Virus record (IMG/VR): IMGVR_UViG_3300035492_000012
Coordinates: 1-39,727 of that record
Source: a virus
Reading direction: 5' to 3' (one strand)
Length of the DNA: 39,727 nt
Below are positions 22,001-30,615 of this stretch, one piece after another. Both the position numbers and the translations under genes were made by a program. The notes under the pieces are model-generated. The model worked only from the letters and a program-made list of their open reading frames with translations. It did no database searches and had not been told where the DNA came from. Within the stretch, counting starts at the first letter, position 1, and each line of letters starts with the position of its first letter.

Positions 22001-24379
22001 TTAAACAATCGCTCTCTTAACTAGCAGGTTAATCCTAATGTTAGAGGAGTTCGGAGCCGTTAAGTAAAAAACTAATTCAGTACCAACCACATCTACAGCA
22101 ATGTCGTAACTTGCAGGGGATGTACTCTCTTTCTTCGCTACATTAACAAATACAGGCTGGCCCCCTGATATAGTACACAGTACCTTAGTGTACACGGCCA
22201 GCCCAGCACCAGATGTTGTACCCCGTGTCCATATTTCAACCTCAAGCCAGACTCCCTCAATAACGGGCGCGTTTCCAATAAAATCGCTCAAAGTGTACGT
22301 TACCTTCTTGGCCCCGCTAGGTAACGTCTCTCCTGCTTTGTTACGAAAATTAGAGGAATAGTCTCTAAATAAAGGAAGGGGTATTGCCACCCCAAGGCCA
22401 TACACAACCTCTGCAAGCAAACCCGTTGCCTGACTTTCGGTTGTCGTTACGTAATTAGTACGTAGAATGGCGTTTAGTGCGGGGGATAGCGGGTGTATCT
22501 CCATGGGGGTAGCATATAGATCGTTAGGGTTCTCTTGCGGCAAGTTATTGCCTAGCGAACGTAAGACGTTCTCAGATATAACGCTGCCTGTTTGCAATAC
22601 GTCCATGAACATAAGAGGTGCTAGCGTAGATCCATCCGCATAATCCCCTACATACCCGACTTCTATGTTGTTCCTAGTCGTGTTTACCCCTGCTGTTGCA
22701 GTAAGATGTACAGCGGCAAAATTAGTCTGAGCACATTGGATGTAAAATTTGTTCTGTCCGCCGCCGTTGATGGTAGCTATGGCTGCCCTTGTTGCCGTCG
22801 TGTTATTGGAAAATTCAAAGTGGCATCCGTTAGCATCAGCAGTTGAATCATCGCTGCGGGATAAAAACAGAGACGTACCTATGCAATACATGACGTTTAT
22901 ATTAGTAATTTTGCTAGCGTTGCAGTTGCTATAAATCCCTCCGCCGTCCACACTCCTATTAGTACCTTTTGCGCTATTATCCACAATAACGCCGATCACA
23001 AAACATCCTGGGACTCTATCGTCAACACCGGGGTATATCTGGTAGGGTACGCGCCCTCCCTCTACAGTAACCGATTCTAATGACGCATAGCTATTGCCCC
23101 CAACACCCCTAGCAAAAAATTGATCGCCTACAATTTTCTGGTTAGTTAATACCGCAGGATAATTATCAGTACTACCCGACCCACTTACACAAATGTTGTA
23201 TACACCCGCTACTGTCCACTTAAACCTATATAAGTAATCGTTGGGGGATTTCATCACACCTATTGGGTTATTGTGGAAGGTAATAGGTACACCTCCGTCA
23301 AATATAACCATGCGCCCGATAGGATTTGTTTGTGCTTGGGCTATGTCATAGCTAGTCCAAACCACCCCTTGTGCCGTCAGAGGCCAGCCAGCGGATTCAT
23401 CCGTAACCCTTTTGCCCACATAAAAACCTAAGGCAGTCCCTGTTGATGACCTATTGCTAATTCGTGTGGGAGTCAGAATCTTCCTTACGGAATTAATTAA
23501 TACCTTTGAATTTTCATGGTCCCAAAAAGTAGTTCTAAGTGCTGCGTCAAATGCTCCCCACGAGTCATATTCTGGTACGAGCATGTTTGTATCGTTTCTC
23601 GCGCCAAACCATAAAACATTAAGCGGCAATGCATCCGCATTCATCATCACAAAGCAGCCAGTGCCTGTATCTGTTGATTCCCACCATCCTGATTGGCCGG
23701 GTGCACTAGTATGAGACGGATCTAAAATTGTTCCGCCGTTATGGTTCACCTTAGAATATGTTGGGTCATACTGATAAAAAGCGTGTTCGATAGGTAAATC
23801 GGAATAAAAAGATTTTACCAGATACCGCAAATCCTCCCGCCTCGCACTCTCTGGAATAGCCAACAAATCAGCGATACTATCAACCGCCACAATCCCACGT
23901 CCCAAAATCGCCGCCCCCTTAGCAGGGTCGGTGGGGTTGGAGAGGTCGGACTTCAATTGGGCGTTCACATCAGGGTCGAAAACTTCTTCCAACACATCCA
24001 TCCGCGCATCGAAAGTCGCAGTAGCAGTTAGCGCCTCATTCGCGATGCCTTGAGTATCATTCACAGCTTCCTGCATGACGAACAGCAGCTGGCGATTGTT
24101 TGCATCGACGTACCTTGGGAGAAAAGGTGCTCCCAGGTTGAACTCGTACTGCAGTTGCTCACCTGGGCTGTTCCGGTAGATGCGAACCTCAGCCCCGTCA
24201 GCAGGGGCCTCCGCGAACTCAATAGTCGATGCTGTAACGTAGGAGAACGGCGTAGCAACGCCGTCCACCTCAGCAAACACACCAGTGTCTTTTAGGTAGG
24301 GGAAGGTGAAATTGAACTGTGTAGTAACGCCATCACCAATCAAAGTTACTTCTGTAGCAGGCACCTGTGCCATACTCAA
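22001..24379 (-). CDS. Tail fibre/tailspike: T7 gp17-like N-terminal adaptor plus a probable beta-helix polysaccharide depolymerase domain
   Basis: The N-terminus (GDGVTTQFNFTFPYL...VDGV...RIYRNSP) resembles the T7 tail fibre N-domain. Later, LNVLWFGARNDTN resembles the start of Pectate_lyase_3 domains. The remainder is rich in G, N, S and T. Confidence 0.85.
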   Translation of the reverse strand: MSMAQVPATEVTLIGDGVTTQFNFTFPYLKDTGVFAEVDGVATPFSYVTASTIEFAEAPADGAEVRIYRNSPGEQLQYEFNLGAPFLPRYVDANNRQLLFVMQEAVNDTQGIANEALTATATFDARMDVLEEVFDPDVNAQLKSDLSNPTDPAKGAAILGRGIVAVDSIADLLAIPESARREDLRYLVKSFYSDLPIEHAFYQYDPTYSKVNHNGGTILDPSHTSAPGQSGWWESTDTGTGCFVMMNADALPLNVLWFGARNDTNMLVPEYDSWGAFDAALRTTFWDHENSKVLINSVRKILTPTRISNRSSTGTALGFYVGKRVTDESAGWPLTAQGVVWTSYDIAQAQTNPIGRMVIFDGGVPITFHNNPIGVMKSPNDYLYRFKWTVAGVYNICVSGSGSTDNYPAVLTNQKIVGDQFFARGVGGNSYASLESVTVEGGRVPYQIYPGVDDRVPGCFVIGVIVDNSAKGTNRSVDGGGIYSNCNASKITNINVMYCIGTSLFLSRSDDSTADANGCHFEFSNNTTATRAAIATINGGGQNKFYIQCAQTNFAAVHLTATAGVNTTRNNIEVGYVGDYADGSTLAPLMFMDVLQTGSVISENVLRSLGNNLPQENPNDLYATPMEIHPLSPALNAILRTNYVTTTESQATGLLAEVVYGLGVAIPLPLFRDYSSNFRNKAGETLPSGAKKVTYTLSDFIGNAPVIEGVWLEVEIWTRGTTSGAGLAVYTKVLCTISGGQPVFVNVAKKESTSPASYDIAVDVVGTELVFYLTAPNSSNIRINLLVKRAIV

Positions 24380-27300
24380 TCTCCTCGAATAGCGTCAATG
24401 AGCAGCGCGGTGCCCGGTAGTAGCGAAACTCCGGGAACAACCATAGTCGCACTCTTAACCAAATCAGCGGTTCCCTCACGGAACTCGCCAGTCATAAGCC
24501 CACCCAGACCACGCCCTGCGGTAGGTGCGGCATCCAGCACGCCGGTTAGCGGCACAGAGAATCCGCCACGCCCGCCAGTCAATCCAATGATACCCGCCGC
24601 GTCAGCAGCAAGGCCCAGTCCGGCGGTGTACCCAATACCTTTAGCCAGGATATTTTGCAAGCCTTCCTCGGATAGGTCCAGATCACCTTTACGCGCCTCG
24701 TTCAGCGCTACCATCATAGATGTGAGCGGATACTGGAAAGCCAGCAAGGTAGCCAGCGCACCGATACCGCCTTGGTGCAGCGTGCCACGCAGCAGCTTGT
24801 TGTGCGCAAGGCCCACGAATGCGCGGAACTGGCCTAGCACTTGACCTACTGCGGAGCGGCCCAGCAAGCGAGACCCAATCCCCTGCCCACTGCGGGAGAA
24901 GATCACAGCATCATCCATTATGCGCAGAGCCACGTCCATAACGTCTGAGATATCCTCTCGACGCCATGCGGCCCAGTTCATCTGCTTCGCATTCCCCCTA
25001 GTATATGTCACTTTATCTAGGGATCGCTGCACTCGCCTCCACACTTCATCAGTGAGACCGTACTGACGCAGCAGCTCCAAATCCTTAGCGCTACCCTTGA
25101 ATGCTCTTGCGAACGTATTCAGGGCAAGGTTGGCATTCATCCGAGACTGGTGCGCATGAACGAACTTCATGGCGTTCAGGTACGGTACAGCTTGCTTGCC
25201 TGCGTGGAGCAGCCTATCGAAGGCGGTATCCTGGCTCGACAAGTTCACATCATGCTGGCGCAACCAGGGACGGATACGCACGTCTCTGGCCAAGTCCACA
25301 CCCAACACAGTGCGCAGTTCATCGGCTAGGTCTGGGTCCTTTGCTGCGTCTTGCAACACCTTGCGCACACCGGGGAAAGTCCGCAGGAACTCGCTCATGG
25401 TGCGCACTGCGCCGTAGCGATGTGCTACAGTTGCATAGTCTGCAACCTGCCATAGCCCCGAGGCGCTAAGCATAGTGGCGTCTGCTATGCTCTTCAAGCG
25501 CTGCGCACCTTGCCCTAAGATGTTAGCCTCCGGGCGAAGACCTGTGAAGTCAGACAGCAGCCCATCCAAAGCCAGCATCTGATCGCGGCGGGCCTGTTCA
25601 GGCAGACCTTTCAATGTGTCTGCATACTGCCGCTTAAAGGCTTCGATACTCGCATCATCTCCACCGATACCCGCCTTAGCCAAGGCACTCCGACCAGACA
25701 TCACCTGGACGTAGTTGTCTGCCAACCGGCCCAGATCAGTGTCAATCATATCCGTCATTCGGAAGGTGCTGCCATCCGCGTTACGGATGCCTACAGTCAT
25801 ATCCAGCGGGATACGGTCCTTAGCGTACTTAACCTGCCCAGCTTCGTCGAGGTTCTGCTCTACGCGGCCCATAATAGATTGCACGCGAGCATCGCTGATG
25901 CCACTCTCTTTGAGCATAGCACGTAGCATCTCAGTGTCTGTCTTGCCGAGCGTTCCGAAGAACTCGATACCTTCGTTACGCAAGCGTGCCTGTGCCCGGT
26001 CGTAGATCGCGCCTCCAATCAAACGAGCGGCTTCGTTGTCTATCCCCGGCATACCACGTCGAGCAGCTTCGGAGATAAGGTCTACCACCTCTTTGCGAGA
26101 GCGGCTGGTTACTGCGGCAGCGTTCCAGCTGCGGTGAAAGTAGCCTTGACGAGGCTTGAACTCCTCAAAGCCACGAAGCCCAGCATCACGCGCAATCTCG
26201 CCCATACGGTTAGACATTTGCTCGTACACATCTGCCAGCCGCTGCACCCGCCCGTGAACTGCGCCCGGTATCGACTGTCCGTACTTGTTCCAGTACGTGT
26301 CTCGGCGGATCAGCTCCTCTGCAACCTGAGCTTCCAGATTATCTCTGGCATCCATGTACCGCCCTGTGCGGTCGAACTTGCGCTGTAGCCAACTGAAACC
26401 ATCCTCTGCTAGAGTCTTCTCCAACAGGTCGTCGTACTGCTTACGCCAACCGTCCATCTCGTTGAACATTAGGCGCTGGTTAGAAGCAGCGTTGCCTGCG
26501 CCGAACAGATCAGCGCGGCGTACTGGATCGTCTACAAGCTGCTTCAACAGCTCAGCACGCTCAGTAGCACCTGCAGCCTGATTCAACCAGAGCAGGTCTA
26601 CCTCTGTGGTGAACTCATTCACTGTAGAGGCTAATTTGCTCGGATTAGCCCATGTAGGCACATCCGGAGAGATGTCCCCAGGCGTGCCAGATACGTCAAC
26701 TCGTCGGGCACTCCCGCCAAGCAACGCCCCAATACCACCCCCAATAGCCGCGCTCAGCAGGTAATCCAAGCTGGATACTTCTTTACCGGCCACGTCCGCT
26801 GCCGCCAGCGGGGCTACTGTCCCAGCACCTACAGCTACGCCGGTTGCCAATCGGCCCAGACGCAGGGCCTTGGTAGTGCCGAAGGTCGCGTAGTCTGTAA
26901 GCAGCGTGAGCGGGTCTAGCATACCGATCAAGGCCATGCCGCCGTGCTGGCTAAGGATACGTTGACGCTCCTGCGCATCTGCAGCCTCGGAAGCGCGGAA
27001 GTGCAGTTCGTTAAGGGTGCCCGCATTAGCGAGCTGCAGCTGAGTTTCTCGATTGTTCTCCAGACCGTACTCGTCCAGGATACGCCCCATGTGCTGCGTC
27101 GGGTCGAAGCTGGGATCGTAGTCCTTAAAAGGCTCTTCCAGCTGCTCGGCCAAGAGCCGACCCACCCAGGCCGACTCCGACTCCTGCACTACAGCGCCGA
27201 AAACCTCGCCAGCGGTACGTGCCTCTGCCTCAATGTCCGAGGCCAGTGCGGCCTCACGTTGAGCAGCTGCAGGCTGCACCACATCTTGCAGGATAGCACC

Positions 27301-27396
27301 AACGTCATTCACGCCAGCGGTCAACGCGGCCCCTACCGGAGCGGTTGGGTCCACAGCACTAACTACGTTTGCTGGCAAAGTTTTATCAACGGCCAT
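24376..27396 (-). CDS. Internal virion protein C (T7 gp16 / phiKMV gp37-like ejection protein)
   Basis: 1006 aa. Assigned by position and size in the conserved order, with Gly/Ala-rich hydrophobic stretches. Confidence 0.8.
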   Translation of the reverse strand: MAVDKTLPANVVSAVDPTAPVGAALTAGVNDVGAILQDVVQPAAAQREAALASDIEAEARTAGEVFGAVVQESESAWVGRLLAEQLEEPFKDYDPSFDPTQHMGRILDEYGLENNRETQLQLANAGTLNELHFRASEAADAQERQRILSQHGGMALIGMLDPLTLLTDYATFGTTKALRLGRLATGVAVGAGTVAPLAAADVAGKEVSSLDYLLSAAIGGGIGALLGGSARRVDVSGTPGDISPDVPTWANPSKLASTVNEFTTEVDLLWLNQAAGATERAELLKQLVDDPVRRADLFGAGNAASNQRLMFNEMDGWRKQYDDLLEKTLAEDGFSWLQRKFDRTGRYMDARDNLEAQVAEELIRRDTYWNKYGQSIPGAVHGRVQRLADVYEQMSNRMGEIARDAGLRGFEEFKPRQGYFHRSWNAAAVTSRSRKEVVDLISEAARRGMPGIDNEAARLIGGAIYDRAQARLRNEGIEFFGTLGKTDTEMLRAMLKESGISDARVQSIMGRVEQNLDEAGQVKYAKDRIPLDMTVGIRNADGSTFRMTDMIDTDLGRLADNYVQVMSGRSALAKAGIGGDDASIEAFKRQYADTLKGLPEQARRDQMLALDGLLSDFTGLRPEANILGQGAQRLKSIADATMLSASGLWQVADYATVAHRYGAVRTMSEFLRTFPGVRKVLQDAAKDPDLADELRTVLGVDLARDVRIRPWLRQHDVNLSSQDTAFDRLLHAGKQAVPYLNAMKFVHAHQSRMNANLALNTFARAFKGSAKDLELLRQYGLTDEVWRRVQRSLDKVTYTRGNAKQMNWAAWRREDISDVMDVALRIMDDAVIFSRSGQGIGSRLLGRSAVGQVLGQFRAFVGLAHNKLLRGTLHQGGIGALATLLAFQYPLTSMMVALNEARKGDLDLSEEGLQNILAKGIGYTAGLGLAADAAGIIGLTGGRGGFSVPLTGVLDAAPTAGRGLGGLMTGEFREGTADLVKSATMVVPGVSLLPGTALLIDAIRGD
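24997..25016 (-). promoter_or_regulatory. Candidate phage RNAP promoter located inside the internal virion protein C gene
   Basis: The minus strand reads ATAAAGTGACATATACTAGG, a 20-nt exact match to 37954..37935. It is about 620 nt upstream of the tailspike start. Confidence 0.45.
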
Positions 27397-30043
27397 AGCC
27401 TCTTACCCCTGTGCCTAAGAAGTGCGGACGCATCCGCGTAATGAACTGGTTAGCCCGGTCGGGTGTCTGCTCGTACCATGCGGAGTCACGAACTGCTGCC
27501 TCAAATGCAGGCCAGTCCTTAGCTTGAATTGCAGCCGCTGTGTCACGGAACTGTCCCAGGCCCGCTTCACCTAGTTGGAAGGCAGCGCCCGCTAGTGCTA
27601 GCTGCGCGTGCGGATTAGTCACCCCTAGACGACGCCCGATACGCACACCTGCGTTCAATGCCTCGTCCGAGGATTCCCGGAACAGTTCTTCTGCTACGGC
27701 TACAGTGATACGCTCTCCTACCTCCATCTCACCAGTGACGTTCTTGCCAACACCGACAGCAACTCCATCACGGTCTGCGTAAGCCTGCAGTCGTAGGCCC
27801 TCAGCTTCTAGCAACGACTTCCGCCACTGCTGCACCATAGTCCGGTCCACTCCAGCCGTGTTCACGCCGTCAATCACCATGCGAACTGGAGTATCTTCTC
27901 CGGCGTCCACGGTCAGCACCTCTCCGAAGTTTCCTGCCTGCTTAGCTCGGACAAGCTCATCGGTCTGGCGCTGTACAGAGGCCCCAACCGCCATAGCATC
28001 CACTGGAGTACCCCTACCGCCGCCGTTAACTACTCTACCATCCTCGTCGATCTGCAGATTCACTAACCCGAGTACGGAGTCGTACTTGAATGCACTGGTG
28101 TAACCATCTGCTGCTGGAGGGTACAGGTTAGCAAGCTCCTGTCCGATACTCTCTGAGTCCGATATGCCGAACACACTTTGCACACTGACCCCGCGAGGTA
28201 GTACCAAGGCGGTGCGCGGAGTATCAGCAGCATCTCTAAAGCGGCCACCAGACCCAATCACCATAGTGCGACCCTGCACATTCGCAGCGGCTACTTTCAG
28301 TAGGCTCTCTTCGTTACCTCGGTAGAACATACCGATGTTGTTGGGGTCCTTGGTGAGATGGTTTAACTCGGATTGCACATGCATACTCAGCTGAGCTTGG
28401 TTCCACACGTCTTGGGAGGATGTCTCTCCAGTGGTCAAGCGTCCGGCCATGTTGCGCCAGAAGGTGTTTCCGTACAGCTCCTGCACCCGCTCGGTCATTA
28501 GCTTCTGGAACTCCACAGTGTGCTGCCTGCGACGGAACTCTTCCATACTGGCGAACTCTTCCGCGTTACCTGCAGCTGTGCGCATTGCAGTGGCAGGGTC
28601 AATACCTAGATCAGCTGCATCTAGAGCGTACTGAAACAGGCTACGCTGCTGTTCTGGAATTGACTGTACCAACTGGGCAGCGCTACCGGGACGGCGAGTC
28701 TCCACCTGTTTCACAACAGCCATCACATTCGTCAGCAGACTAACTTGGTCTGGGTTGAGTTGGTCGGAGCTGACACTGGCGGCAATAGCTGCGCCGATCT
28801 GCTGCCCGAACTGACGTGGCACTGTACCTAGGGGCAAGCCCCTCTGCAGACCGCTGATAATTCGGTCTGACAGGCCCATACCCCGTTGGGCAAGCGCCTG
28901 GTCTCGCAGCAGCAGGGCTTCCTCAGTAGTGTAACCTTCCGCGTGGATAGCGCCAATGTCCCCTGCGTCAAGTGACGCGAACACGTTACTTACTGTGTCG
29001 GTGTCAGATAGCGTCTTGTAGAACTGCTTCCAGACAGCCTCCATCTCGTTCACAGTCATCCGCCGTGCATCAACCTCATCCTGCAGCCACGCCCGTACCT
29101 CTACAGGATTCGTTAGTTCTCCAGCTGCTAGCTTAGCAAACATCTGGCCTGAGAACTCTGCTGCAGCGATGCTCCGACTAGCTAGTGTTCTGGAGTTTGC
29201 CTCCCGAATAGCAGTGTCGATCTTTACCCGGTCGGCAGCGGACATATTATCCAGTGCCCCAGCATCACGCAGCTCTTCAACAATGCCAACGTTGTCGTTA
29301 GATAGAACTGACAGTAGGTAGTCCCGAGCCACATCCGCCCGCATAGGCTCCGGGATGGAGTCCCCATTAAGGATGTCGTCGAAGTACAACACCATCCTTG
29401 CGGAAGCCTCAGTGTAGGCCTCTTCGTCACCTGCGTTGCTGGCAGCAGTCAGCTCTGCGTTGATCTGGTTGCCCTGAGTGATCACCCGTTTGCCAGCTTG
29501 CTCGATAGCGTACTTCGCGTGTTCGCTAGCCTGACTTCGCAGGATACTCTGTTCTAGCTGAGCCTGGGATGCGATAGCGCTAGCCCGGTCCCGAGTTGAC
29601 ATACTGTCCCGCAGACCTTCCAGCAATGGGCCGGTACGTTCGCTTAGGAGCTTGGCGAACTCCTCCGGGGGCAGGGTGCGCCCATTCCCCTGTATAAGCT
29701 GGTTCAGCTCATTAGCCATCTCAGCCTGTTGGATGCGGAAGTCTTGTGCCTCATACCCGCCCCGGATGAACGGGGCGGTGAACACATTGCTCTCAATATC
29801 CTCAATAGCCGTACCCAGGCTGCGTTGCCGCATACCCTCGATGTACTCTTCCTGGACGGCGTTGTCGAAAGACTTCTCAGCCGCCACCTTACCGATCTGC
29901 AACACACCCTGCAGAGCATCGTACAGGCCGTTCGTTTGAAGATTGGATTGTTGGGCCGATGCCCGCACAGGACCAGGAACACTGATCCCAGCCCCACCAC
30001 TCTCAGTGGGGAGGTCAAAGCCACGGTATTCACGTGTGGGCAT
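27386..30043 (-). CDS. Internal virion protein B with a C-terminal T4-lysozyme-like (GH24) domain (phiKMV gp36-like)
   Basis: The C-terminal 142 aa (LLEAEGLRLQAYADRDG...SAWYEQTPDRANQFITRMR) parallel T4 lysozyme (DEGLRLKIYKDTEG...SRWYNQTPNRAKRVITTFR). Confidence 0.85.
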   Translation of the reverse strand: MPTREYRGFDLPTESGGAGISVPGPVRASAQQSNLQTNGLYDALQGVLQIGKVAAEKSFDNAVQEEYIEGMRQRSLGTAIEDIESNVFTAPFIRGGYEAQDFRIQQAEMANELNQLIQGNGRTLPPEEFAKLLSERTGPLLEGLRDSMSTRDRASAIASQAQLEQSILRSQASEHAKYAIEQAGKRVITQGNQINAELTAASNAGDEEAYTEASARMVLYFDDILNGDSIPEPMRADVARDYLLSVLSNDNVGIVEELRDAGALDNMSAADRVKIDTAIREANSRTLASRSIAAAEFSGQMFAKLAAGELTNPVEVRAWLQDEVDARRMTVNEMEAVWKQFYKTLSDTDTVSNVFASLDAGDIGAIHAEGYTTEEALLLRDQALAQRGMGLSDRIISGLQRGLPLGTVPRQFGQQIGAAIAASVSSDQLNPDQVSLLTNVMAVVKQVETRRPGSAAQLVQSIPEQQRSLFQYALDAADLGIDPATAMRTAAGNAEEFASMEEFRRRQHTVEFQKLMTERVQELYGNTFWRNMAGRLTTGETSSQDVWNQAQLSMHVQSELNHLTKDPNNIGMFYRGNEESLLKVAAANVQGRTMVIGSGGRFRDAADTPRTALVLPRGVSVQSVFGISDSESIGQELANLYPPAADGYTSAFKYDSVLGLVNLQIDEDGRVVNGGGRGTPVDAMAVGASVQRQTDELVRAKQAGNFGEVLTVDAGEDTPVRMVIDGVNTAGVDRTMVQQWRKSLLEAEGLRLQAYADRDGVAVGVGKNVTGEMEVGERITVAVAEELFRESSDEALNAGVRIGRRLGVTNPHAQLALAGAAFQLGEAGLGQFRDTAAAIQAKDWPAFEAAVRDSAWYEQTPDRANQFITRMRPHFLGTGVRGYGR

Positions 30044-30051
30044 ACTGCCTC

Positions 30052-30615
30052 CTAGCGTTTGATTGTAGCCGTCTTAGAACCGCCTGACGAGCCGAATTGG
30101 AAGTAATTACTAGCGTAAGCCTGACCAGCCTGAGACGCACCGCTGATGGCAGAGCGCAGTAGGATATTACCGAAGCTGGGAACGTCAGCCAAGCGGCCAA
30201 GGTTAGCCCGAGTCTGGGCCAACATCGACCGTTGCTGCTCGTTGGTATTGAAGGCTTGATCAATCGCGGCGCGTTCGATACTAGCTTCCGCCTCACCAAG
30301 CTCTCGGTCAATATCTGCCGCCGCAGCATCCACGGATGCCCCCTTAACCCCCGCCGCAGCGGCTTGGGCAACTACGTCACCTGTAGCGGCCTTGGCCATA
30401 CGCCCAGCGGTGCTAAGGTCCTGCGCAGCCTGCATACGAGACTGCGCGGCCTGAATGTCTAACAGGCTCACAGAGTACAGCGTCTCCATGGTATTCGTCC
30501 GGTTCTGCTGCTTGATCAGCTTATTCTGTTGCTTGATCTGCTCGCGTTCCGCCAACCCGCCTAGGAGGCTTTGGCCAGCATTTGCTGCAAACATCATTGC
30601 TAATGCAGGTAACAT
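30052..30615 (-). CDS. Internal virion protein A (T7 gp14-like)
   Basis: 187 aa, Gln/Ala-rich with a hydrophobic N-terminus. Assigned by conserved position. Confidence 0.7.
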   Translation of the reverse strand: MLPALAMMFAANAGQSLLGGLAEREQIKQQNKLIKQQNRTNTMETLYSVSLLDIQAAQSRMQAAQDLSTAGRMAKAATGDVVAQAAAAGVKGASVDAAAADIDRELGEAEASIERAAIDQAFNTNEQQRSMLAQTRANLGRLADVPSFGNILLRSAISGASQAGQAYASNYFQFGSSGGSKTATIKR

